Positions 35,868-49,196 are shown, numbered from the stretch's first letter. The stretch is 64,000 nt of DNA from Azolla caroliniana (GCA_043228905.1 JBHGNT010000008.1:3844001-3908000), one strand, 5' to 3'. Made by a program: numbers and translations. Notes: generated from the sequence alone by a model not told the origin.

Positions 35868-36221
35868 GGACAAAAGAAGTTTTCTTTTTCATATCTTCAA
35901 TTCCTTATACATTCCAATCCATCTTTTTGAACAATTGGACTTAATTAGATTGGTCACACAATTAGCTTCAGATTTTTTTCTCCTTTCTGTTGTTACACTA
36001 AATATCCACTTCTATCTCATTTATCACTATATGCCCATCTACAGCAAATAAAAGGGCTAGAGGTGCACCTTTTCATGTTATAGCTAAGGTGTTTTAAGAC
36101 TTGTGGATACATTTTTATAGTTTTTTTAATACTGCATGATGTCTAAATACTATTTGTATCTATGTAGCCAGTTTTCTTTGTTTTCAAGTTGTTTTTTGAT
36201 TTATTGGGCAGGGGAAAAAAA

Positions 36222-36254
<33 letters not shown>

Positions 36255-37774
36255 GACACACACATTATGTAGATGTTTCAGGATGCAATGTAAAAGTATG
36301 TATTAACGTAACATCTTGCAACCTTTATCCTAATTTTCAAACATCTATGTATACAACCGAAGTCCATAAGAACACATGTTACTATGCAAATAGATATAAA
36401 ATAAGATATTATATGCAAAATTATAATATGGAATCATTGGCTTTATATGTTAAATCGCAAAAAACTATAGCCATGATGTTGTATTGGTAAGCATGCACTT
36501 TATTGGTTGGTGATAAGTTTGCCTGTACATTTAAATACAATTCATATTTGTTTAATATCACATACACCAATGGTTAAAAAGCACAGAATCAATTAAATGC
36601 TCGAGATACCATCATGGAAAGTCTTTGTTTGAAAAAGGCTTTATTGGTTCACTTTCCACAACCCAAGAGTCAAAAACAAGAAACATTAAGAAATTATAGA
36701 TGTGTGGCCTTATAAAAAGAGAATGCTGTCACTCAATAAACAATAAAGTGGTTTTATGGTCTAGCATGAAATAAATGAATAGTAAACATTGTAGGGCACG
36801 AATGTTGTAGAAATCTCATTCTCTTTATTTGATATTTATATCAAGTTTCAACACTGGATTTGTAGTAAATCATACTTGTAAAATTTTAGGCTTCCATTGG
36901 CATTATCCTTTTTTTTCCAGCTTAAATATGATAACACCCAAGGAAATAGAAAACTAACATGACTTAATTTCCCTTGAAGCATGTGTTGACGATTTTGGAG
37001 AAGCTTTTGAGTGAATGTATAGTCTACATATGTTAGTGGTAAAGGCAAAAAGGAATTGTGTAAATTTTTTTATTTGTTCTAAACTTGTTTTCCTGAATAT
37101 CGAGAGGTTGATGGCTATGTCCCAATGGTTTACCTTGAATTCAGTATCATGTACATTTATAGGAATTCCCATGTTTACTCAAAAGATTTAGGCAGATTTG
37201 ATCATTTTTCAGCTAATACATGTACAATAAAGAATTAGAGTACATGTTATGACAATGTAAGTGTCAATCCCATCCAGTTCCTTGCTACTTATCCTAGGGT
37301 TTAGGGTATCTTCCTCTTCAATTAAGATTGCAATCATGCTCAACATACTTCCGTAGTGAAACTATGGTTTGCCCTTTTGTTCCTTGCACGTGTGGAAGAC
37401 GGTGACTAGTGATGCGATTCGCATTTAAGAACAGATAAAAAATTGGTAGAAGAAAATCCATGAAGGATACCATTGTTAGGGCCTTAGCATCCAACTTAAT
37501 TATTGGGAAAGTTAAGAAAAAAATTGGTAGCACTTCTGTATCACTGGCCTAATTCAGCCCATTACATTGCTGTAAGGGAAACACATCGTCTCCATGTTAA
37601 CATATCACAACATTGCCTCCATGTTAACAATACAAATATTTGTGGAAAGCTTTATATACATCCTCCACAGATTTTCAAAAATCCTCTAACATCAATGCGT
37701 GTAATTCCAAGTGAGTACATTGTGTGCATGAATATACCATCGGTAAGCGAGCATAAAAGGGTCGAAAAAATCGG

Positions 37775-39923
37775 TTACATTAGCAGTCTTCTTGTTTTAA
37801 TCAAGTAAGATTGCAACTGCCCTCTTAGTTGTGTGGTAAGCAAAAGTAACTCCTCGCTCGGATTCTCTTTTGCCGCAATCAAACATGCTATGTATCTCCG
37901 TCTCATCAATTCCATGCATTCGTCCATTTCTAGGTCGTACATTTGCCCATTTTCCTGTCAAATTACCACATTATAAGAAATCATATCTATATGTTAAGTA
38001 GAGTTCACATTGACCATTACTCCAAAGTGTTTTGCTAAGAATCAATGGATCCATAACCTATTGAGTATTATTTAAGATACTCCAACCTCAATCTACCTTG
38101 GTTTCCATCGAATTGCTTGAACGAATTTCAACTTGATTGAATGTGTCATCATTCTCTAGTTGGTTTGATGAGATGGTTTGCATTCTGACAAGAAAAGTGG
38201 CCACATTCCTTTGCAAGCTATGCAATTCTTCTCGAACCTTCTCCATGCTCAATTGTGATTCTTGAACCTCCACTTCCGCTTGTTTGAGAAGCAGGTTTAA
38301 ATTCACAATCTCATTCTAATGGTGGATAATGGACAAAGCAAGCATCACAATAAAAGTGTAAGAACACATAAGATTATATGCAAGGAGTTATGATAAAAGA
38401 AAGGCACAATGCTGATAACTTTTGTAAGAAATTACTGGGACATGCCAATGAGAATTAGTTCAACCAAACGAATTCAAATGCATAAATGAATCCACAAATA
38501 TTTAGCACTTTAACCTGATTGTTTATTAGTGTATCCATTTTCATCTGGATATCCTTCTCTTGCTCGATGATCTGTGTTCGCATTTCATCGACCCTTGTTT
38601 GCAAGCTAAGCATGTCCATTTCTCGAGCACTCTCTACACCTTGCAATCGGTCCTCTTTTTCCTTAAGCTTCTGTTCCAGCTCTTCGATACGACATTGTAG
38701 ATCTGCAACTATATTTGCCTTGTTGCGATTCGGTGGTGTTCGACGGTGATCCATGGTGGATGAGGAGAGAGAACTCCTCCTACTTATCACACCATAATGT
38801 ATGTTATTATTGTCTTCGGCATTATCCCAGAATGCACTGTCTTTCGACATGGTCACCGATCTTTTACAACTACCGGACATCTGTCCACGATCCTTAATTC
38901 CTTTGGAAGGATATCGCCCCTATTTATAATCATTGGAGAGCATTAGAACCAAAATTGAAGTCACTGATTGAGCTATACTCTACATAATTAAATAGTTAAA
39001 CAGTTAATCTATTTGACCTTTGTTAGAGGTGGTGATGGAGTGTAGACAAGGGCTGCATTGTGTCGTGTGAAAGATTTATTGTTGTGTCGATCCTACAACA
39101 GATTTCAGAATTTTGCTTGTTGATTTTGACATGATACAAGACAAATAGGTGAAGGGAAACCTTACATAATAATTTATCAATAATTTAGAAGAGAATTAAC
39201 ATCAGAAAATCCTGAAATACCCCAGGCTGGGTTCTCCTTTTATTTCGTCCAGAATGCCCCAAAAGCTTTTGTTATTTCCCCAAATGCACTAGTGTCAAGC
39301 CATCTGGATCGGTTTTGATTCACATTTATGCGGTTTGTGAGCTACGCCACGGTGAATTTCATCCACATATGGAGTTCGGAGTAGTCTGTGAGCAGTGGCA
39401 TTTGCAGGAAATCACAAAAGCTCCGGGGTGCCTGCCGAGATAACAAGGAACCTGTATTCCCAAAATTTGCCCCAAATTTTCTCATATTTACCATGAAAGA
39501 CTCGAGAAGTGGGATGATCTCAACGAAATCCTGATACAGAACTCTGTGTACATCAGTTGCGGATTCAAGATGATGATGATGATGATCAATGGAATTGTTA
39601 CTATGATAAGACGGCAAGAGAGAAGATGGGGAGGAAGAATTAGGAAGCGAATTAGCTGTAGCCATGCCATTGCTACTACTACAACCACTACTGTTAATGT
39701 CCATGTATTCTCCCCGTGAATTAGAAGCTAACGCCCATGTATTCTGGTCTGCAGAGTAAAGATTTAACAATGTATCATCATCACCATCACCATCACCGCG
39801 GCGGTCATCTCTAGTAGTGATGGAAGAGTCGGATGATGTGATGGCACTCCTTCTTCCAGACTTGGTGGGGATACTGTAAGGCTGAGCTGAGGCAGAAGAA
39901 TGAGTGATGTGACCCACTACCAT
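37775..39923 (-). CDS. MPB2C: MPB2C-like microtubule-binding coiled-coil protein (~436 aa, 5 exons)
   Basis: Exons 39923-39492, 39092-39018, 38919-38515, 38315-38097, 37954-37775, all GT-AG phase 0. Motifs RVLYQDFVEIIPLLESFM|D...SFTR..ALVYT, coiled coil, and MELMRRRYIACLIAAKENPSEELL...LRGQLQS resemble recalled Arabidopsis MPB2C. Start codon uncertain. Confidence 0.78.
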
Positions 39924-39943
39924 AGCTTCTTTGCTACAGCAGC

Positions 39944-39986
39944 AAGAAGAAGAAGAAGAAGAAGAAGAAGAAGAAGAAGAAGAAGA
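39944..39986. repeat. (GAA/TTC)n microsatellite in MPB2C 5' region
   Basis: About 14 AGA units just upstream of the ATG at 39923. Confidence 0.9.
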
Positions 39987-40173
39987 GTGAAGAAAATTGC
40001 AGTAGATGGGCAGATCTGGAGCTTATGGTGGGTCAGCTCATTTCCTCCTTATGTCTTCGCCAGGGGATCGCGGCCACCGACGGCTGTAGGTCGCTCGGCT
40101 GATTGGCGCATGTGATCTCTACCGTCCGATTTGGATAAGAAAGAACGCGCGAAAAAAATATGGGTCCCTCACA

Positions 40174-40716
40174 TTCGCCCAAAGCCTTGCTAGAGGTCGC
40201 CCAACTCTTGAGCCATTGCTCGCCCAACCTTGTCAGATGTCGCCCAAATCTGAGTCATTGGTCGCCCAACTCTGACTGTTGCAGGTCGCCCAACCTGGAC
40301 CATTGTAGGTCGCCCAACCTTGCCAGAGGTCGCCCAACTCTGAGCCATTGGTCGCCCAACGCTGGTAAAGGTCGCCCAAATTTGAGTCATTGGTCGCCCA
40401 ACTCCGACTGTTGCAGGTCGCCCAACCTGGACCATTGTAGGTCGCCCAACCTTGCCAGAGGTCGCCCAACTCTGAGCCATTGGTCGCCCAACGTCGGTAA
40501 AGGTCGCCCAAATTTGAGTCATTGGCCGCCCAACTCCGATTATTGCAGGTCGCCCAACCCTCACCTCCAAAGGTCGCCCAACCTTGCCAGAGGTCGCCCA
40601 ACTCTGAGCCATTGGTCGCCCAACCCTGTCAAAGGTCGCCCAACTCCGACTATTGCAGGTCGCCCAACCCTCACCTGCAAAGGTCGCCCAACCTGTACCG
40701 TTGTAGGTCGCCCAAC
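40174..40716. repeat. Array of ~25 GGTCGCCCAA(C) cores with a 132-bp higher-order unit
   Basis: Cores recur every 20-24 bp; a set of 6 spacers repeats with period 132. Confidence 0.92.
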
Positions 40717-41099
40717 CAAATGTATCATTTCGACCAAAATCTTCAAATAAGCTTGACCTTGAAACTTAAAACTTACAATAAGAGATCAAACAGTCACAAA
40801 ATCCAACATTAAAATTTCCAAACTCGACGAACTTCACCATAGTTAACATAAAACAAATCATCCTCTTAAAACATAACACTTACAAAGTTAAAAAACATAA
40901 AACTTAAAACAGAAATCAACTTATAAGATACTTGAAACATAAAACTTAAAACACAAAAAAACTTATAACATACTTGAAACATACAACTTAAAACATAAGT
41001 CAATATACGACATACTTGAAACATAAAACTTAAGAACATATGTCATCCTTTTAACATAAATCCACTTTAAACATCGTAAACCAAAATGCACTGGTTCGC

Positions 41100-42379
41100 A
41101 AAACCACTCAAGCTATGTTTATGGCTCATCCAGAGATGATGGCAAGATGTGGCCACAATTCTTGCAACAATCAACATTTGAGGCCCTTGATCTAAGGGCC
41201 AAGGCATAACAATGCACGCATCGAATCTTCTTCGTCTCCTAGCTCGACTTGATCCCTACAATTTGCACAGGATGCAAATCTACCACTCTCACTTATTTCT
41301 TGTCGTTGCTTGTACCATTCAATAACGATGCCTCCGACGCAAGTGCCAGTTTGACTGTCCCCGATTAAAACATGCACAAGATCGGTCATTGATTAGTTTA
41401 TTCTCCCTCTCAAGGCAGTATATTTGATAAACTACCAATTTCTCTCCACAATATTAATAGAGTCAACATGTCCGTAGTTGAACATTCTACCAAACTTGGG
41501 CCATAGTTTCCTCCACACACATGTCAAGCCACACTATCCTCCTTCTATGTATTGCCAAACACCTAGCTTGTTTGCATATTCTACCTGTACTCCTCACATT
41601 GGGCACTGAATGTGGATTCCATAATGCAGTGCATGAGTTGGCCCATCCAATTATAAAGATGGGCTCTCTTAGTTGCACTTACCTTTGGCAACATGTTGTC
41701 CACCCATGCTTTTTTGGCATGAAATTGACACAACAAAAGTCGACAATGTGTGTGCGACCTTTGCCCATTTGCAACAATCCATGATAATTGGTCTGCTGCA
41801 ACCACATTACTTATGGCATTATATGATGTCCAACTTTTATCGATGACTATCGCATTTGGCCTCACATCGGGCATCTGTGCGAATATGACTCTCAAGCAAG
41901 TTTCTAAAGCTACTTGCTCATGGTTTGACCCCTTATCAGAACTACATATCATGTACCATCATGGGATACCAATTCCCATGGCGTTTGGGGCCACAACTGC
42001 ATATAATGACAACCCAAATTCGTTTGTTTTAAACGTAGAGTCGATTGCCCAAGAGTTGTTTATTGATAGTCACTCACACATCTCTAACATCCATTCATCT
42101 TGAAGCACTAAGATGACGGTTGCCTTACAGGAGCTTCATATTCACCAAGCAAGTAAGTTTGAACATGAGCCACCTTCCCAAGATCTTGGAGTGCATTGGC
42201 ATCTTGCATCATCAAAGACCAATCAACCACTGACATGGCACTCCCAATTTTTTAACTTGTTGGTCATGTTATGGACCTCCTTTAGGTATCATAAAGAACC
42301 TATAACTCACAAGGTCTAATGGACTAGCCTTGGACTTATGATATCCTTCCTTACGCATTTTGATCTGTGCCACATGTCG
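41100..42379 (-). pseudogene. Decayed Mutator/MULE transposase
   Basis: AIDSTFKTNEFGLSLYAVVAPNAMGIGIP (first catalytic D), PNAIVIDKS (second D), LLLCQFHAKKAW (CxxH signature); frameshifted; 5' part replaced by a copia LTR. Confidence 0.8.
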
Positions 42380-43860
42380 TGTGAGAGGAATAACGCGGAA
42401 TATTGCTCAGCCACAACCGAGTCTCGAACACTTCTTTGAGAATGAAACACAGAAATGGGAAGTGGAGAGCACACAAGGAAAGACATAGGATGTTTACGTG
42501 GAAAACCCTGAATGGGAAAAACCACGGGAGCCCAACTATCATTATATGAGAAAGGTACACTCAAAGCCTCGGAGGCAACAACCTCAAGCTCTGTATCTAC
42601 GCCAACCGGCGGTTACAACAGAGTATTTCTCTGTATCTTACACACACACACACACTCTCTCTCTCTCTCTCTCTGCCGCTATCTATACAACAATAATTAC
42701 AACAATATGACAACATCTTTTTCTAAGTGATTGCCCTAAGTCATATTTATACTTATATGAACTTAGGGCTATTTACAAATATAACCTCAATAGGCTTACT
42801 CAAGAAACGTATTTACGGATATGTCTCTCTTCCGGTTCTTACCAGCTCTCCTCCGGTTTCCAGATCTCTTCCGGTTCTCATCGGGTCTTCCTTATTCATC
42901 ACCGGATCCCATCCGGAGAGATTGATTTCCCAACAATCTCCCCCTTCACTCTAGCATGGGATATCTTGTCAACCTGATTCGCATTCGGCACGCGTCCAAC
43001 TTGTCGGTTGTCAGGACCTTGCTCAGCATGTCCGACCCGTTCTCCTCCATGTGGATCTTCGTCAGCACGGACTCTTGATCTTCTACTCTCTCCCGGATCG
43101 AGTGGTACCTCCGCTGGATATGTTTCATCTGGGAATGGTAGGCCGCGTTCTTTGCAAGGTGGATGACACTTTGACTGTCACAGTAGAGCCAGTATTCCAC
43201 CTGTTGGATTCCTAGCTCTCCAATGAAGTCCTTCATCCGGATTATCTCCTTGTCGGCTTCTACAACTACCATGTATTCTGCTTCCGTGGTTGACAACGCA
43301 ACCATCTTCTACAACCTCGACTGCCACGAAACAGCTCCCCCTGCATAAGTCATGACATATCCGGATGTAGACCGACTGGTATCTACATTAGCCGACATAT
43401 CCGAATCGGTGAATCTGTCAAGTTGAGGATTACCGGAGCCGAATCGGAGGCACATACTCGAAGTGCCTTTCAGATACTGGAGTATCCACTTGACCGCGTT
43501 CCAGTGCTCTTTGTCAGGATTGCTCATGAACCGGCTCACCACTCCGACTGCATATCTGATATCTGGTCGGGTACATACCATCGCGTACATTAAGCTCCCG
43601 ACGACAGAGGCATATGATATTTTCATCACATCCGTCTTCTCCGCCTTTGTCCTCGGGCTTTGTTTTCCAGACAGCTTGCAGTTTGCCGAAAGTGTCGATT
43701 TGACTGGTTTCGCCTTAGACATGTTGACCCGTTGAAGCACCTTTGTCACATACTTCTCCTATGACAACCACAACAACTTCTTCGACCGGTCCCGGATGAT
43801 GTGCATTCCTAATACCTGTCTTGTCGGCCCCAAGTCTTTCATTCAGAAGGTCCGGTTCAG
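42380..43860 (-). mobile_element. Truncated Tork-like copia: 3' LTR (42380-42935), PPT, RNase H and RT end
   Basis: LTR shares GCCACAACCGAG, TTTACGTGGAAAACCCT and TTGCCCTAAGTCATATTTATAC with the 4067 LTR; ORFs 42946-43305 and 43309-43749 are close paralogues of the intact polyprotein C-terminus. Confidence 0.88.
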
Positions 43861-45045
43861 ATTCGGACAAAGTCGGATTGAGCGGAAGAGATGCAGGAAG
43901 GCGTTAGAAATCGCACTACGCCGAGGGCTCCGAACAAGCCGGAAGTGGATCGGGCCTAACCTTCGTAATGAAGCACAAGGCCAATTCGATGGCCGTGAAC
44001 ACCTCGAAACTAAGCGAGGTGTGGTATGTTGATTCCAGAGCGTCGAATCATATGACGAGTCACAAGGAATGGTTCTTGTACTTGGAGAAACTGGAAAAGC
44101 GAGGAGTGATCGAAACGGGAGACGACACTCCGCATACCATCGAACATGTCAGAGAAGTTCCCCTCAGCCACGTTGGGCAAAAAGGGAATCTCATGAATGT
44201 GTTGCACGTCCCGACAATAACCAAGAACCTGGTGTTGGTCGGTTAGATCGTTGACCAGGGGATGCAAGTTCGATTCACGCACCTCGACTGCTACATCGAA
44301 GAAGAAGGCAAAGTAATCGCGCAAGGGCGCCGTGAAGGGAGGATGTTTATCCTCGACACCAATCAAACCGGAACCGCGCTGTTCGCGAAAGGACAAAAGG
44401 TCAAATCAAATATCGACTTGTGGCACAAGTGGTTCAGCCACGTTAACTTCCTACGGCTTCGTGAAATGCAGACGAAGAACATTGTTTTCGGATTGCCGAA
44501 ATTTCGAGGCCGTAATGGCCAAGTTTGCGAAGCCTGCCAACTCGGGAAGCAACACCGACTTCCATTCCCCAATGAGCGTAATTGTAGTTGAAATCCGCTT
44601 GATTTGATCCACTCGGATGTGTGGGGACCGACACAGAACGTGAGTCTTGGTGGAAGCCATTACTTCGTAACCTTCATTGATGACTTCACTCAACATACCT
44701 GGGCGTGCTTGATCGTGAAAAAGAGCGAAGTCTTCACGTGGTTCTTGAAGGTGAAGAGCCTTGCGGAAAGGGAAACTAGACGTAAGATCAAGTGCCTACG
44801 GTCCGATGGCGGGAATGAGTACTTCTCCAACTAGTTCACGAGTTATCAGTAGAAGGAAGGAATTCGACGTGAATTCTCGTGTAGATATATGCCAGAGCAG
44901 AACGACGTAGTCGAGTGGAAGAATCGAACAATCGAAGAAGCCGCCATGGCAATGCTTGAAGAGAAGCATATGCCGAAGTTATATTGGGTTGAAGCCGTAA
45001 AGACGATTGTTTACTTGCGGAATCAGACCTCTGCTAATGGAGGAG
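43861..45045 (+). mobile_element. Decayed copia fragment (PR - GAG-pre-integrase - IN)
   Basis: WYVDSRASNHMT, VLHVPTITKNL, LWHKWFSH..CEACQLGKQHR, HSDVWGP..TFIDDF..LRSDGGNEY, PEQN; stops. Confidence 0.85.
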
Positions 45046-48000
45046 AATATTGTTTCTACAAGCTACTAATATTAAAGACAGGAAGGACTTGGGAATGCTT
45101 CTGGAAGATCAGAATAGTCCGAGGAGGAGGTGAAAAGGGCTTGCCCCCATTTCTGTAAAAGAAAGTTATGGTTTATGGAGCTGTCGGAGAGGAAGGGAGA
45201 CGAAACGGGAAACAACTTGGGAGAGAAGAAAATAGAAGATTCACTCTTGCACGAGTTGGTGAAAGGCATGAAAGACTTGTCGATCAAGGTGATGAAGCTA
45301 GAATCGGGACAAAGCTCAACTTCGTTAAGGCAAGGAGGTGGAATGGTCTGAAGGTGTATGTGGTGTGATAGTATCGACCATCAGAAGAAAGACTGCCAAG
45401 AACATAGGGATGCTCTTAATCATGATAAAATTTATTATCAAGATGGTAAGATTCACTCGACAAAGACACGACAACCACTTCAACTCAACTTTGGGCGAGG
45501 TGGAATGAAAAAACTAATGGAAGATGCTGAGAGAGAAACAACTCAAACGATACAATCCGTCGCAACGTTAGGGTTGCGTGTAGAAGACTCATATGGTGGA
45601 TCTGGCTTTTGGCAAGATGTGATGGATTATGCAAGAAAAGGGAAGGTTCGAGTGGATGAATAAAAAAGAGTAGGAGATGAAATACGGAATTTCACTGGAT
45701 GGAATGATCTAGTAGACGCACTATCAACATTCGCCCAAGTGAATGCACAAGAGGTACTAGTGGAAGAGAAGCGAAAGAGAGTTGAGGAGGCTGATCCGGC
45801 AAAGAAACATGAGACACGAGAACAAAAGAGAAGGGATATGGAAAAGGGTGCTCCTGGGACGAAGGAAGCTGATAGAGTAAAAGGGAAGACATGCCCATCT
45901 TTCAAGCTTGCTTCAGACATAGAAACAACGATGGATTTAAAAAAGGTACTAGAAACAAGAATATTAAATAGTAAGGTAGAATTTACTTTAAGAGAACTGT
46001 TGGGTATAGCAAAGAAAGAATCTCATGAAGTTATCATAGATATTATTAGAAGAAAGAGACAGGTGACGGCGGAAGTTACGGGAGGGTGTGCAACAACACT
46101 TCGAGATTTGTATGGTGGCACCATTAATGTTGCAAGTGTAAAAAACAAAAATGATGTTGGGGTTCATGTAGAGGATAGGAGTCACTATACAAGGGACCAT
46201 TGGGCTCGAGCAACAATGGAGGCACCTGCAAAAATTGGGGAGCAACAAATTCCATGTATTGCTTTGATCGATCATGGATCCGAGATTAACATGATGTCGT
46301 CGGAATTTTATGCTCAAGGACGGTGGCTGATCGAGAAGAATCATGGATGGAAGATAAGAGTTGCCACAGAGACCACAAAAGATTTATTCGGAGCATGTCC
46401 CAGTGTGAAGGTAACAATTGGTGATGTGTCGGTGAATCAAAATTTCTTTGTGCAGGATCGATCAACCTACCCCGTCATCCTTGGTCAGCCTTACATCACT
46501 GTAGTAAGGATGGAAACAAAGGTGATTGGTGATGGTTCAACTTTTGCAAGGATTAAGAGTCAAGATGGAAGGAAGACAGTCCAATTCTTAACTGTGAGGC
46601 CCAACCACGAAAGAAATAAAGAATGCTTGAGGGGACATCTAGTTCGGGAGGTAGATGAAGAATTTTCCCAGGATTTTTAGATGGGGCTTTTATAGGTAGG
46701 GGTTGTGATAGCCCAGACATGAAAGAACCCTATGAATAATAATATGTAAATAAAGATATTCCTTGTACAATCTCATCTAATGGTGCTACTTTTATACTAA
46801 AAGTAGATAATAATAAAATACAAAATGCTTTCGAGTACTTTAAGTGTTCTGGATTAACAAACGATGATGAAGAAATTCAGGATATGTTTGAAGAATTAAG
46901 TTTTGAAGATACAATAACTCATTTGGAAGCAATGGAGGATGACAATGAAATCCAAGTTCATGTCCATTCGATCAAGATGTACGAGGTCATTGAAGAAGTT
47001 GCTCGAAAGGATCATGAAGCACATGTCCTAATAAAGTACAAGACAGTGGAGAAGAAGGTTCGTCCTATTGTTGCTCCACTTCTAGGGGATAATGAAAGAG
47101 CAATTAAAGAAGCAGCCACAGAGCCAGTGATCAGAGACCCACAAAAGGTGGGACATGTGTTTACTCCAGAAACAATACAAGGGATGAAAATAGGAGGGGG
47201 TGACTTCCTATTACCAGCCGAAGAAAAGCAATTTAGGGAAACGTTAAAAAGGCATGGAAAGGTGTTTGCATTCCAACCTAAGGAAATAGGGTGTGTGGAT
47301 CCAAAAATAGTGGAACCCATGCTTATATTCACTATCCCTCATATTCCATGGAATTTTAAGCCAATACCCATGCCTAGGGCTAGAATCCCTCAACTATTAG
47401 AACTTCTGAAAGAAAAGATAAGGATGGGTATCTTGGAACCATCGAATGCCCCTTACTCGAGTCGATGGTTCACTGTGTTAAAGAAAGATGGGCGACTTCG
47501 ATTTATCCAAGCTATGCAACCCGGGAATAAGGTAACAATCTGAAACTCGGGAGTAGGGTCAATTGTGGATGAGTTTGTTGAGATGTCTGCAGGAAGAGCT
47601 ATATATTCTATGGGAGACCTTTATTCCGGTCCGGGTATGATAAATTTCAACTTGCTATCAAAAGTCGAGATATTACTTCTAACAAGACACATATAGGGTT
47701 AGTACGGATGTGTACCTTGACACAAGGAGCGACCAACTCAATGGCACATATGATGAATGGAATGAACAAGGTACTTCGTGATTTCATTCTTCATGTTACA
47801 ATGCCTTTTTTAGATGATGGTCCGATTAAGGGATGCAAGGAGGAAGACAAGAAGGAGTAATTGGACAAAAGTGGTTGCCGACAATTCATTGCCGACCATA
47901 CCAAGGATTGTGAGAAGATACTATCAAGGATGGAAGAAGTGCATTTGACCTTATCAGGGGCGAAGTCAATATTTGGGGCAAAAGAAATATTAATAGTTGG

Positions 48001-48503
48001 TCATATGTGTGGTCCGTATGGGAGAAAGCCATCACCAACCAAGGTCAATGCAATTCAAAATATGCAAGAGGAATGTACATCCATTTCAGAAGTACGAAGG
48101 TTTCTAGGGGTATGTGTTTTTTACTATAGATGGATTTGGCATTATGCCCATCTATATGAACCTTTATATGGACTCCTAAGAAAAGGAGAAACATTTGAAT
48201 GGAGTGAAGAGCATTCAAAGGCAATGAGGAAATTGAAGTCCTACTTGGCACAAGCTCCACCATTAAAGCAACCTGACTACACCCGGCCCATATATCTCAC
48301 AGTAGACTCCAGTCCCATTGGAATTGGATGGGTGGTAAGCCAACAAGATGGGGAAGAAAGGTATCCAGTCCGATTCAAAGTGAAGGTTCTTAGTGGTCGA
48401 CAAAGAAAATATGCACAGGTGAAAAGAGAGCTATGGGGGATAGTAATAGTAGTTAAGACAGATAGAGATTACTTAATTGGTGCTGAAGTAATAATAGAAA
48501 CGG
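45046..48503 (+). mobile_element. Decayed non-chromovirus gypsy 'element A' (gag-PR / RT-RNase H), AT-rich
   Basis: WCDSIDHQKKDC knuckle, ALIDHGSEIN protease, VILGQPY; GGATTTTTAG at the ORF1 end; RT TLTQGATNS..PFLDD; RNase H TVDSSPIGIG..YAQVKRELWG; ends at an LTR insertion. Confidence 0.8.
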
Positions 48504-49196
48504 TGTCGTGAAGTTTCCGGCACATAGTGAGAAACCGGGAGATATTGGAGGGATCGGCGAGGTGCAACGTGTGCACCCATCTTTGTAAATTTGTATAAGG
48601 AATAGGGGCGCCTTTATGGCGCCTAACGACAACAAATACGGGACAGAGAATCCCATGTATCGTGGGTTTACCTCACATTCCACTCGATCCTCACCTTGTT
48701 CTATAAAAGGGAGGGTGCACCCTTTGTATAGGGGTTCCCAGTTTTTCGCTTGGGTTTCAATTTTGCACTTTCTCCATTTAGGTTGTCTTGATTTGTATGC
48801 TTTAGGGTTCCATTGTTGTTCCTATGTAATATAACACAACAGTTTCTGTTCTACTTCTGTGTCTTCTTCCTTTCGACTTGTTCTCTTTTCTCTATTTCTG
48901 TTAGGGTTTCTGTGTGTCCTTTTTGAAGGTCTTCCGTTCTGTTGAAGATGTGAGTTTGTGCGTGTCAGTGTGTGTGTGTGCGGGTGTTAAGGTGTCTTCG
49001 TTGTCGTTCGTGGTGAACTGTGTACTCGGTTGTCTGGTAGCAGGCTCCTTCTTCTCTAGCATGCAAGACCCACATGAGACGGCGAGCTGAACACTCATGG
49101 TAGGCGGTTCGGCAGCAAAAGGTGGTCGTTCAAGAAAAGGGCATGCCCTACACGAGGATCCCGTCGCGAGTCTGAGCCCGGGTGCTCCCCGACTGG
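48504..49196 (+). mobile_element. 5' part of a gypsy LTR, interrupted by element B
   Basis: Begins TGTCGTGAAGTTTCCGGC exactly where the RNase H frame of element A breaks; TATAAAAGGG at ~48702; similar to the 9560 solo LTR. Confidence 0.65.

Noticed and set aside
39191-39483. MITE in MPB2C intron 1
   Set aside because: Only a weak GAGAA..TTCTC inverted match and no TSD.
39900-40115. Poly-Arg ORF
   Set aside because: Translation of the (AGA)n microsatellite, antisense to the MPB2C leader.
40174-40716. CRISPR-like repeat-spacer array
   Set aside because: Cores are only ~11 bp, spacers are 9-13 nt and recur cyclically, there are no cas genes, and the context is eukaryotic. It is a higher-order minisatellite.
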